Assembly (NCBI GenBank): GCA_036630325.1
Contig: CP142737.1
Coordinates: 186,001-250,000 of the forward strand
Length of the DNA: 64,000 nucleotides
Direction of reading: 5' to 3'
Source: Vairimorpha necatrix
Taxonomy: Eukaryota
The translations under genes and the position numbers were made by a program. Positions 46,702-57,407 of this stretch are shown here, in pieces (within the stretch, counting starts at the first letter, position 1; the number at the start of each line of letters is the position of its first letter). The notes below the pieces were generated by a model. The model worked only from the letters and a program-made list of their open reading frames with translations, did no database searches and was not told the DNA's origin.

Positions 46702-49700
46702 ATGAGCAACAAAAAAGATAACAACTCAAATAAATATGTTAACTTAGACTCACCCTCTTCTACTTCGGATCAGGCTACATACCGGATCACAAATGGCGAC
46801 AACGAAGAGATTTGTAAAGAAGAAAATATGGATTCAATACTCTTAAAATTAAAAAATTTAATGTCAATGGAAAAGTGGATAACTTTTCAAGGACTAAAAA
46901 CTGAAGATCCAAAGACATTTTTAGGGCAATTCTTAGAATATGAGAAGCAATGGCCTCAGAGCACCCTATATGCAAAAGCGACTTCAATGCTTAAGGGAAA
47001 AGCCGAACTATGGTTTAGAGCGAACGAAGAATCGATGCTCACATATAAGCAATTTGTTGAAAATTTTAAACGTAATTTTATTAAAAGAGAATCAGAAATA
47101 GATAAAACTGAAAAATTCTGGGACCTAATCAGGGAAGGCCCAATTCATCCAGATATGCTGTCATACAGTTACAGCCTACATATATACGCTGGACAATCAG
47201 AATCCTTATTTAAAAGAAGTAAAGAGAAACTCAGAGATTTATTAGATGACGAATACCTTCGCGATGGTATAGAAAGATGTCATGATTGGAACGAGTTAGA
47301 GGAATACATAAAGTTAAAAGAAGAAAGATTAAACAAAAAAATTCGAATCTTCTATAAAAAACAATATAAAAATAAAAACGAATATAAAAATAAAAATGAA
47401 TATAAAAATAAAAATGAATATAAAAGTAGTGAAAGAAAAATAGACTACAGGGGTAACGAGACAAGAGTCAGCCCCGATTCAAAGCCTTATAAAAAAGAAT
47501 TATTTAAAAAGAATGAGCAAAAGAAAGCTCTAATTATCTCGGCAAAACTACTAAAAGTAAATGATCGAAGACCAAGAGTAAAATTAAATTTTGAAGATCA
47601 AGTTATAGTAGCATTATTGGACTCCGGGGCTAACGCATCAGTTATACGTAGAAAAGAAGCGGAAGAGCTGAGTGATGAAATTCTAAAGGAAAAAGGAGAA
47701 ATAAAAGGTTTTAATGGAACAAGCAGAGTGATAGGCTCATGTAAACTTAAAATAAAACCAAATAATCGCTCAGGAGCGGAAACAATTACCTTATTAGTGG
47801 TGAATGATATGGAGGAAGCAATAATTTTTGGAATAGAAGAAATCGAAAAATTAAATATGATAGACTATATTCCAATTAATCAAAAGAAAGTCGGTAAAAA
47901 AAGATCAATACCTAAGAAAAAAAGGATTGTATTAAACGCGGAAGTTACTACAAAGAAGGAAGATAGTAACACGGATTTGAATGAATTAATTAAGAACATC
48001 AAATGTGAAAACACACTGTTAAGAAAGAAGTATACACACACTCTTGAAAAATATACTAAACTATTCTCTGATGATAATTCTTTAAATAATATCGAGATCG
48101 AACACGCGATCGAATTAATAAATGGAGCTACTATGTCTCCATGCCCAAAGTATAAAAGATCCCCGGAAGAACACAAGATCATCCGAGAAGAAGTTAAGAA
48201 ATTCATTGAAAAGGGCATAATTGAGGAGAGTGAAAGTCAATATATATCACCAGTGGTACTAGTAAAAAAAAAGGATGGAGGTATTAGGTTTTGTATAGAC
48301 TTCCGACGATTGAATAAAATAACAATACCATATGAATATCCGATACCAAGGATTGATGAGACCCTGGATCAACTACAAGGGGCTAAAATATTCAGCACAA
48401 TGGACGTTGAATCGGCTTATAACCAGATATCTGTAAGGCAAGAAGATAGATTTAAGACTGCTTTCTACACACGAGAAGGAATCTATCAATGGAGAAAAAT
48501 GCCTTTCGGGTTAATTAATGCACCCTTTACATTTCAAAAGATCATGAATAAATACTTTGCGAAATATATGCACAAATTTGTAACAATATACTTAGATGAT
48601 ATTTTAGTATATTCAAACGATCATGATAGCCATCTACAACATTTAGAGACTATTCTGAGTATAATTAAGAAGGTAGGGCTGAAACTAAACAAGAAAAAAT
48701 GTCAATTTGTACAGGAAAGTGTGGAATTTCTTGGATTTAGTGTGTGCAACGGAGAGATTTCAATACCATTGCAGCAAAAGATGCGTTCAATCAATTGGCC
48801 CGAACCGAAGACAAAAAGAGATGTCAGGGCATTCAATGGATATTCTTCATTTTTTAGCAAGTTTATTAATAATTACGCAGATAAAATGAATCCATTATAC
48901 GATACGATTAAGGGAGCTAAAAATTCAAAACTGAAAATGACAGAAGAAGCTTTGCAAGCATTTAATAATATGAAAAAAGAAATCGCCAATGCATCTGGCT
49001 TGAAACTACCAGATTTTAGAAAGAAATTTTACTTATATACAGATGCATCGAATTTGGCATTGGGAGCAGTATTACAACAAGAAGATGAACATGGAGAATT
49101 GAGACCCATTATATGCATCTCAAGAACTTTGAGCCCAGCAGAAATTAACTACACGGTAACAGAAAAGGAGTGCCTAGGTGTAGTATGGGGAGTTAAAAAA
49201 CTACGAGTTTATCTGACACAACAGTTCATAATAAGGACAGATCATCAAGCATTAAAATGGCTACTAAATCTAAAAGAGACTACAGGTAGACTAATGAGAT
49301 GGATATTGACCTTACAAGAGTATAAATATATAATTGAATACATACCTGGAGAAGAAAATGTAATGGCCGATGCACTCAGTAGAATTGTGATGATAGCATC
49401 AAATACTCAAGAAGAGGAAAAGCTATCCGCCGACGAGAAGGTTCGAGTAATACTAAAAAGTCATCACGAGTGCGGACATGGCGGTGTTGATGCAACATAC
49501 GTACTCACATTGAGAGAAAAAAAATGGAAAGGCATGTATAAGGACGTGATCGAAACGATAAGAAGATGTAACATATGTAATCGACATTCACGTGGGGCCA
49601 CTAATTTACAGAAAATCAGACTTCCACTGATGAATCCCCTGGATAGAATAGGGATAGACCTAGTAGGTCCTCTACCGAAAAGTTATAATGGAAATAGATA

Positions 49701-50538
49701 CGTAGTAATCGCAACGGATTATGTAACTAGATGGTGCGAAGCAGAAGCGATAAAATCTAAATCTACAAATGTAATTGCTTTATTTATACTAAAGAAGATA
49801 ATTTGCCAACATGGACCCCCTAAGGAAATATTGTCTGATCAAGGGACGGAATTCACGAGTAGATTAATAAAAACTATATGTGGCATGATGAATTGTAAGA
49901 AATCGTTTACTTCAAGTTACAACCCGAAATGTAATGGGTTGGCAGAGCGCACTAATCAAACCTTGATAGGTAAACTAGCTAAATTAGTTGATGGTAGGTG
50001 GAAACAGTGGGATGAATACCTCCCCTATGCGATATTTGCTTACCGAATATCTCCAAGAAAACAATCTAAAAGGTCACCGTATGAACTTTTATATGGGAGA
50101 TTACCAAATTCGTTTTTAGAGGCTAAGATAGATGATAACATCCTTGAAGATAATGGCCTTATAGTCGAGAGATTAAACGAATTTCGGAAACTAATGATAA
50201 ATGAAGAAAAAGAAATACGTGCAAAAGAAATAACAAAGGTTAAAAAAGGTAGAAGCCCTGACGATATTGAAGAAAATGATTACGTAAGAAGGAAAAAACT
50301 GTTAACTGAAAAAGAGAATAAGTTAGATGCAAACTTTGATGGAATCTATAAAGTCATAAAAAAAGGGAAGAATGGAAACTATGAAATTGAAGGTTTAAAT
50401 GGAATGCGATACTCAGTGAATCGAAAAGACTTAATGAAAATTGAAGAGTCAGATCCAATAGATTGGATTCTTTCGAAGGAGGGGAGAGTGTCAGGCTGCA
50501 GACCTGCACTGACGATACGGCTTCCAGTTAAACAATAA
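46702..50538 (+). CDS. Gag-Pol polyprotein (Gag, protease, RT, RNase H, integrase)
   Basis: LLDSGA protease, RFCIDFRRLN, MPFGL, YLDD, TDASN RNase H, HHECGH..CNIC, IDLVGP, SDQGTEF, NGLAERTN. Single uninterrupted frame. Confidence 0.97.
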   Translation: MSNKKDNNSNKYVNLDSPSSTSDQATYRITNGDNEEICKEENMDSILLKLKNLMSMEKWITFQGLKTEDPKTFLGQFLEYEKQWPQSTLYAKATSMLKGKAELWFRANEESMLTYKQFVENFKRNFIKRESEIDKTEKFWDLIREGPIHPDMLSYSYSLHIYAGQSESLFKRSKEKLRDLLDDEYLRDGIERCHDWNELEEYIKLKEERLNKKIRIFYKKQYKNKNEYKNKNEYKNKNEYKSSERKIDYRGNETRVSPDSKPYKKELFKKNEQKKALIISAKLLKVNDRRPRVKLNFEDQVIVALLDSGANASVIRRKEAEELSDEILKEKGEIKGFNGTSRVIGSCKLKIKPNNRSGAETITLLVVNDMEEAIIFGIEEIEKLNMIDYIPINQKKVGKKRSIPKKKRIVLNAEVTTKKEDSNTDLNELIKNIKCENTLLRKKYTHTLEKYTKLFSDDNSLNNIEIEHAIELINGATMSPCPKYKRSPEEHKIIREEVKKFIEKGIIEESESQYISPVVLVKKKDGGIRFCIDFRRLNKITIPYEYPIPRIDETLDQLQGAKIFSTMDVESAYNQISVRQEDRFKTAFYTREGIYQWRKMPFGLINAPFTFQKIMNKYFAKYMHKFVTIYLDDILVYSNDHDSHLQHLETILSIIKKVGLKLNKKKCQFVQESVEFLGFSVCNGEISIPLQQKMRSINWPEPKTKRDVRAFNGYSSFFSKFINNYADKMNPLYDTIKGAKNSKLKMTEEALQAFNNMKKEIANASGLKLPDFRKKFYLYTDASNLALGAVLQQEDEHGELRPIICISRTLSPAEINYTVTEKECLGVVWGVKKLRVYLTQQFIIRTDHQALKWLLNLKETTGRLMRWILTLQEYKYIIEYIPGEENVMADALSRIVMIASNTQEEEKLSADEKVRVILKSHHECGHGGVDATYVLTLREKKWKGMYKDVIETIRRCNICNRHSRGATNLQKIRLPLMNPLDRIGIDLVGPLPKSYNGNRYVVIATDYVTRWCEAEAIKSKSTNVIALFILKKIICQHGPPKEILSDQGTEFTSRLIKTICGMMNCKKSFTSSYNPKCNGLAERTNQTLIGKLAKLVDGRWKQWDEYLPYAIFAYRISPRKQSKRSPYELLYGRLPNSFLEAKIDDNILEDNGLIVERLNEFRKLMINEEKEIRAKEITKVKKGRSPDDIEENDYVRRKKLLTEKENKLDANFDGIYKVIKKGKNGNYEIEGLNGMRYSVNRKDLMKIEESDPIDWILSKEGRVSGCRPALTIRLPVKQ
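47364..47424 (+). repeat. 18-bp tandem repeat in gag (YKNKNE)
   Basis: ATATAAAAATAAAAA(C/T)GA x3.5. Confidence 0.85.
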
Positions 50539-51881
50539 TAATTGGACCTGTCAAACATCTCGAAGTAGTGTAAACAAACATTGAACATTTGACATGCACA
50601 AACTAAAAGTAGGAAAAGTGCATGCCACATGAAGTACTACTACTTTAGTAGAACTTTGGTTTCTTGTTTGTTTGTTTATATCTCAAAGAGTTTGACAGTT
50701 AATCTAATTAACTATTTAAACGGAATTTACCCCTAACACACAATTCCGATGAGCAACAAAAAAGATAACAACTCAAATAAATATGTTAACTTAGACTCAC
50801 CCTCTTCTACTTCGGATCAGGCTACATGCCGGATCACAGAGAGTGTAATAAGGCGACTCAATAAAACATAAGAAAAAATAAATAATTTAAAGTAAAATGA
50901 AACGTGTAAATAGTTAGACATTACTTGTCCATTATGTGTATCAACGTGCACAACTTTGATACTTTTTACATAACACTTATAGTCCATGAGATTCATCAAA
51001 TGACTTATTTTCTGGGGATGTTTGAATTTGAGAGTCGTTTAAATTTTGGCAATCAAAATTCATGTGATTTATTATTACGTCATTACGCGGGGGATTGAAT
51101 AAGCACTGAGAAAATTGAAGGGCAATTTAACACAATCTCATCTTGCCATAAATTAGGATGCACAAATTAATCAAGTCCATGCGACGAGAACCGTTGTATT
51201 TAAGCGAAAAAGATAAACGGGTATTCTTGAAGTTGATTTATGAAACTTGTGTGGAGAGCAACCTCCTGGGTTTTCAAAAAGTCGTAAATTAGTGCCACTC
51301 TAGTAATTGCAGTAATTCTATGAGAAAAGGCCCTGGCTTTTATTTTTTAGACGGGCTTCTTCGAGATAAATAGACCAAGTAAAGAAAAGCTTTCTTGGCC
51401 TAATTGATTGGGATTCTGTAACACGGTGGACGAAATTAGTGTGAGACTACGTATAAATAAGCCCATAAAATTAAATATGTAGGTAAAGATTATAGTGCCT
51501 ATATTTGTATTGTATAATAAAGTCTCTCTTTCAGACTCTATTATCATGCTTAATAATCATATTGGCTATAACTTTTTTAACAAGCCTATGGTAATTGTTC
51601 TTTTGAGCAATGTCAAATGAATACGGCGGAGCTTGCTGCACTCAAAACTTTTTAAAGTAGTAGAATAAATAATATTCGCACTTGTTTGAACTTCTGTACA
51701 ACCTAATGAAGGGTTCTTCTTGTCCTTTAAAGTAAATTCATTCTTACACTTTTTTTTATGTTTTTTAATTTTTTAAGGTTTATATACTTTTAATTAGTTT
51801 GTTTCTTTGAACAAACAAACTGTTTTATTCATGCATAAAAACTATAAAAAGACACAATTTGCATAAAATATTGATTTTTTA

Positions 51882-53978
51882 TTATATGCTATTTTTTATC
51901 ATCTCAACAAATTTTGCATAAGACGGCATTCCATGAAGACTATCTTCATAAAAATGTGTAAAGAATATTTCTCTTTGTAAATTTGCACTACCATCGTCTT
52001 TTATAAAAACATAAAATGGATTAAGAAATCTGTCTTTTTTTAGATCATTGATTATTTCTATAACTCTCATACTAAAATCATTTTCTGGTGGATCAAATAT
52101 AAATCTACCAGTCATTTGATCAGGATCGAATAATAAGTCGGAAATTTCTTGTGGACAATCTTTACCAATAAAGAAATATATGGTCACACCTGTATCTAGT
52201 AAATACAGTCCATTAGTTTCTAAACAATCGAGAGTTAGATTTTGTTGAGAAATTTCTTCATGATGTAAAGGCAATAAAGTAGGGTAAATTATGGTATCAA
52301 TTAGATTTGGATATGAGTTACCTAATAAATACATGTAGTAAGATCTAAAATCCAGAGGAGTATAAGATACAGGCCGCAGAGGAATAGATTTACAAAGAGA
52401 TAGGACTAGTAGAGGAAGATGACTCAGTTTGTCAGGTAGATTGTTGACATTGAATGAATTTGTAGTCTTAGAATAAGCTCTTAAGATGGAAATAAGACTG
52501 GCCGAAATATAAGCCGAACCTGATTCCTTTTTCTGGATTTCATGATAGAAAGATTTAAGAGCCAGAGATCTAGAAATAGCGTAAGAATCTATTGATTCAT
52601 AAAATGGAATATCATAGACAGGAATCTTGAAGTTTATGACTCTGATCATCCTTGTCCCATTTTTAGTAGTGCGCATAAGTGCGACTTGGACTGAAATTCC
52701 ATCTGCCTTGATATTGTCGACTACTTCTAAATCAATATTGAATGTATGTGGTGGTAAGAACCCAGGGAAAGAGAGTAAATCGATAGTTCTCTGAGTCAGA
52801 GATCCATTATATTCCTTGATGAATACATCTTTACTAGTTTTTATTCTACACACAGAGTCGTGACTCATCCTAAGATCGAAATAATCCACCAAATCTTTAT
52901 TCAGTTTTGTAGCGAAGACCAGATCTGATCCGTCGAAATTTGGATAATAATAAAGCATACCACCAGTAGATTTAGATAAGACAGACAGAGTAGGCAGATC
53001 TATATTCAGTTTAGGGAATAAGAACTGTGTAACAGAGATCAAATGTTTAGAAAATAATTGAGAAAGTTCCTTATAGAAGATATTGTCAGTTTTCAGAGAT
53101 TTACTTGGATTTATGGCGCCCGGCCCGAAATTAGGCGGAGTGCACAAAAAAGACAAGATCATGGCGCCAGATTTACAGACGATAGAGTGCGCAGTCTTGA
53201 GACAGTCCCCGTAATTATTCTTTGTACTTTTCATTTCTAAGAAGTGTCTAGTCAAATTATCAAATTGAATTTTCTCGTTGAGACTGAAAAGATAGTCGTC
53301 TTTTATAAAATAAGGCACAAATGACGTGTCAGTTATGACTGTAAGATTCATTTTCTTATCTAACAAATGTATTTCAGAATTGAAGAACATGAACATCATT
53401 TTTGATCTCGGGTCAAATGCAGATGAGTCTATAGAATCCAGTATTGTATTTATAATGACTTGATACATTTCATTTTTAAGACTCTCGTAAGTTATTTCTA
53501 TTAAGAAACAAAATGTCAAGGGAGATGGAGATCTCACCAGATATGTGTCAGGAGCATATGTGTCGTATACAGTAGATCTCAGTTCTACTCTGTCATACGA
53601 GTTATAATTTGTTATAGCATTTTCTTCCAGTTTAAATTTGTCTGTATTTTGATAAGCCATTTTCCTGTTAGTCATGAAGAAAGGCGAAGTCAGTTCGTTC
53701 AGACTGAGACAAATATTGCATTTCCACTTGAAACCAGGAGATAATATTTGGATAAATGGATTTATGTACGATTTGCAAGATGAGCATCTTATGATCTCCT
53801 CGTCTGAGATGGGAATATCTTCCTCGTTGAATAATTCAGGAGATATGTTTACAGTAAAAGGAATGTCTGATTTTTTCATTATTGTTAGATTTGTAGGGAT
53901 GCTTGTTATTGTGGAAGTGTAGTACTTTTTTTCGTCTATTAATGAGTAGGAATATTCCTTTTCTTCCATGTTTGGCAT
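51882..53978 (-). CDS. SEC24: COPII coat cargo adaptor Sec24
   Basis: IRCSSCKSYINPF..WKCNIC zinc finger, trunk domain (PPNFGPG, STGGMLYYYPNF), RMIRVIN, gelsolin-like GLYLLDTG, FYED..SY. ATG 53978 follows ACCCTCAA. Confidence 0.95.
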   Translation of the reverse strand: MPNMEEKEYSYSLIDEKKYYTSTITSIPTNLTIMKKSDIPFTVNISPELFNEEDIPISDEEIIRCSSCKSYINPFIQILSPGFKWKCNICLSLNELTSPFFMTNRKMAYQNTDKFKLEENAITNYNSYDRVELRSTVYDTYAPDTYLVRSPSPLTFCFLIEITYESLKNEMYQVIINTILDSIDSSAFDPRSKMMFMFFNSEIHLLDKKMNLTVITDTSFVPYFIKDDYLFSLNEKIQFDNLTRHFLEMKSTKNNYGDCLKTAHSIVCKSGAMILSFLCTPPNFGPGAINPSKSLKTDNIFYKELSQLFSKHLISVTQFLFPKLNIDLPTLSVLSKSTGGMLYYYPNFDGSDLVFATKLNKDLVDYFDLRMSHDSVCRIKTSKDVFIKEYNGSLTQRTIDLLSFPGFLPPHTFNIDLEVVDNIKADGISVQVALMRTTKNGTRMIRVINFKIPVYDIPFYESIDSYAISRSLALKSFYHEIQKKESGSAYISASLISILRAYSKTTNSFNVNNLPDKLSHLPLLVLSLCKSIPLRPVSYTPLDFRSYYMYLLGNSYPNLIDTIIYPTLLPLHHEEISQQNLTLDCLETNGLYLLDTGVTIYFFIGKDCPQEISDLLFDPDQMTGRFIFDPPENDFSMRVIEIINDLKKDRFLNPFYVFIKDDGSANLQREIFFTHFYEDSLHGMPSYAKFVEMIKNSI

Positions 53979-54264
53979 TTGAGGGTCATAAGCAAACAAA
54001 TTTATAGGCAAAAGATAAAATAGATCAGAATCAAACAAATTCTATAGCACTGAATCTTATACCAACTACACTATAAGTATAGATAAGTTGGTATACAAAA
54101 ATTTATTAGATTTAATTTTGAAATAATATTAATCTTATACATTGAATTAACAAGATATTCCTAGTCCTTCTCACGCTATTTTCTCCTGGACGATAAAGAT
54201 CTAATAGTCTATGTGGATTTAATATAAGTCTAAATTTAGTTATATATTTAAGATTTATTAGTGC

Positions 54265-56040
54265 TTATATTTCTTCTCCAGCCTTGCCTTCTTGTTCATA
54301 TTCTTTATAATTCATTATTATTTGATTAGAAGTCGTAGCATCAGTCGCCTTTTTATCTTCCCTTTCTTTCAGGAATCTAGGGAATCTTAGTGAATATCCT
54401 TTGTCCTCATACAATCCACAGCAATAAATCGGAGACACAGAGACAGCAGCCGCCTTGACTTCCCACACAAACTTGGGAGATATCCACACATCTGGTTTAG
54501 TCTGGTCTTTATACCTTACAGAACTAGGAGTAGACACTACAAAATTATTCAATTCTTCATACAACTTATTCAGTGTCGAGTCATCAAATCCTGTGCCTAT
54601 TTTACAGACAGTCTCAAATATTTCATCTTCTTCATTATAACTCGCAAGTAGAAATCCACCATACCATCCTGTTCTCTTACCTTTTCCATAATAAGCTCCT
54701 ATAACAACAAGATCAAATGAATCTGACGCATTGTCAATATAATCCTTTTTTAACTTGATCCACGAATTACATCTCAAAGATGGTATGTAATTTGATCCTT
54801 CTCCTAATATCTTGATCATTATACCTTCATAATTGCCACTACAAGACATTTTAAAGAATTCGTCAATTTCTTCAATATTTTCACAATTTATGTGTTCTGA
54901 GAAATAAAACTGGCCTTCTACTTCCGAGAACTCCCTGTACAAAACTTCTCTTCTTTCTTCTAGAGTTTTATTTATGAGTTCTTTACCATCAAAAAACAGG
55001 ATATCAAACACGAAGACACAAATATTCACTCCTTCTCCCTTAGAGAAATCTTTTCTTCTTCTAGTAGACAATTTCTGGAAACTTAAAATCTTCTTCAAAT
55101 TTGGATCATAAGCCACTACTTCCCCGTCAATCACGAAATCTTTATCAGTATTAGATTTTATTATGACGTCACTGTACTTGTCACTTGTATTCTCTAGATT
55201 TCTACTATACAAAGTCATCTTCTTATTATGACGATGAATTTGTATTCTTTCTCCGTCATATTTGTTTTCACATGTAAATTTGTGATTTTCTACTCTTTTA
55301 AATGCACTAGATATATTTTTAGTAGGTTGAGCCAACATTGGTTTTAGAGGTATACCTGGTACAATATCAAAATCAGAATCAAGTGAAGATATTCCCTTTT
55401 CTAATATTACTTTAGTAAGTTGTTCTAAATCTGGTCTCCGATTGTAAGCTTCTTTAATTTTGTCCATATAACTATCATCAAATACTTTAGCTAACGCTGT
55501 CAAGACTGTTTTTGGCCTGAATTTGATCTTCAGATTTTCCTCAAAAAGTCGAAACATAAATTTCACTTCTATTGGTGAACACAATGAAATCAAGTCAAGC
55601 ATTTTCCTCATTTTTGATGTTCTAGATTTTACTCCATTAATTTCTGAAATATTTCTTAAGCCTTCTACTACATCTTTGACACCTAGAGTTTTCTTAGAGA
55701 TGAACAACCTCTTGATTCTATAAGTCATGCCTATAGTACCAAAATCCCCTGTTTTACAATATTCACTTTTCAAATGTTGAGTTGTTTTACCAGTGGACTC
55801 TTTTAAGACATCGAAGATTATTTTCTCACCTAAGTTTAATTGTTGATTTTGGTATTCTGGGTAGATTGTATGAGTACAGAGGTATAAGACATAAATGAGA
55901 TCATCTTTCTTTTTGGAGATGATTGATGAATAATAAGAAGATAATATGTCAGTGATTTCTAGTCTACCAGATATTTGACTTATTTTTTCCATGATCTTGC
56001 TAAAATATAAAAATGAATTGACTTCTGGATTGTCAGACAT
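54265..56040 (-). CDS. CDC9: DNA ligase I
   Basis: KPMLAQP, ENKYDGERIQIH, IDGEVVA, FVFDILF, EGIMIK, WIKLKKDY, DLVVIGAYYGKGKR, SLRFPRF. Confidence 0.96.
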   Translation of the reverse strand: MSDNPEVNSFLYFSKIMEKISQISGRLEITDILSSYYSSIISKKKDDLIYVLYLCTHTIYPEYQNQQLNLGEKIIFDVLKESTGKTTQHLKSEYCKTGDFGTIGMTYRIKRLFISKKTLGVKDVVEGLRNISEINGVKSRTSKMRKMLDLISLCSPIEVKFMFRLFEENLKIKFRPKTVLTALAKVFDDSYMDKIKEAYNRRPDLEQLTKVILEKGISSLDSDFDIVPGIPLKPMLAQPTKNISSAFKRVENHKFTCENKYDGERIQIHRHNKKMTLYSRNLENTSDKYSDVIIKSNTDKDFVIDGEVVAYDPNLKKILSFQKLSTRRRKDFSKGEGVNICVFVFDILFFDGKELINKTLEERREVLYREFSEVEGQFYFSEHINCENIEEIDEFFKMSCSGNYEGIMIKILGEGSNYIPSLRCNSWIKLKKDYIDNASDSFDLVVIGAYYGKGKRTGWYGGFLLASYNEEDEIFETVCKIGTGFDDSTLNKLYEELNNFVVSTPSSVRYKDQTKPDVWISPKFVWEVKAAAVSVSPIYCCGLYEDKGYSLRFPRFLKEREDKKATDATTSNQIIMNYKEYEQEGKAGEEI

Positions 56041-57407
56041 TTAATGTGGGTAAGAAAACAAAGAATTAGACAATATAAACAATATAATTAATATGATAAG
56101 TAGTTGTATTGAATACAATTAAAACAAACTTGGGAAGTATTTATTGAATTACAAGGACATTAATAAGAGTTAAAGCCAAGAGATAGAAAATATATTAGCT
56201 TGAAATTGCCAAGATGTTGACACGATTGTAGAAAAAAAACTTTGAAAGTAAAAACAAATGTCAAATTCTATGGTGTTCATATCGTCTTGTATATTAAATT
56301 TGTGAAGTTGCTTTGGCCAAGTGGTCGAAGACAGATTTCGAAGCCCAGGGCATGAAAATATTGTAATGAAATGAATTATTTAGAACAAGGATGATGGAAA
56401 TATCCACGATAATCACTAAGTTAAAATAATGAAACTTGTATACGTTAAGTCATAAGGGGATTAGCATCTAGTGTAGAAACTCAGCTTAATGCAGAAGATA
56501 TAATATTATAACCACTTATCATATATAGTAAAGTATCTACTAGTTGTAGCCCATGGCTGGTGCTTTCTAAGATGGCATGGAATTTAGTAACCAGAAGAAG
56601 TAGAGCAATAGAAAGTCTCGAGGACACTATCATAGAGGATTCATTATCATGGGATTGAAACTAGTGGTCAATGCAGTCGCATCAAAATGCGGACTTTTGA
56701 TGTGACTGTGTGTGCAATACAGATGATTGTGGAGACCTTTGAGCTAGTGCGAAGATGTACTCAAGATTTATTTAAACGCACGAGAAGTATTTTCGTCGCA
56801 AGAAGATAATGGATGCAATTTTAGATATCAATGGAAAGCGTATTTCGTGCCTAAGCCCTATGGCCACAGCAGAGCTTGCAGCTATTGTAAGTTAATAGTA
56901 TGTGTCAAATGTTTTATTTGGATTTTCCATCCCCTCTTTCGGAAATGTTTTTAAATACTTTTTGTAGCCAATCAAATCTGTCCATTTGTAAGAATATGAT
57001 TGGTCAGTATTTGATCGGCTACGACAGTATGAATTTTAGTAAGTAAGAATCTCACAGTAACAAATGAAGGACATTTTCAATACAATCCTCAAAATTCCTA
57101 TGTAAAGGTCTTTTTACCTCAACTTGCACAGAAAACAAGATGAACTTTGTGTAGTATTTTCTACTTGCATTAGATTTTGTTTGTTTTTTAACAAATTCAA
57201 AGATGCACTTTACTGATAATGCTGGATTACATTTTATATGATTCCTAGATATTATCATAGACATAAAGAAACTTTTTATAATAAGTCTAAACAGCTTGAC
57301 AAAATACTCATATAAATTACAAAAGTATATACTATTTTAGACGCAATAGTAGTTAAAATATTATTTGTACTAAATTCAAACATTCTTTTCTTGATTTTAC
57401 CCCATAA

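Larger units (their letters stand above)
46442..50838 (+). mobile_element. Full-length Ty3/gypsy LTR retrotransposon (element 3), 4397 bp
   Basis: 350-bp TG...CA LTRs at 46442-46791 and 50489-50838 (2 mismatches seen). TSD GAGAG. PBS TGGCGACAACG (46794-46804). PPT GAAGGAGGGGAGAG (50475-50488). Confidence 0.97.

Noticed and set aside
46371-50630. Duplicated minus-strand ORFs MWHALFLLLVCAC (46371..46583 and 50379..50630) resembling signal peptides
   Set aside because: They are antisense readings of the two LTR copies, with different C-termini and no independent support.
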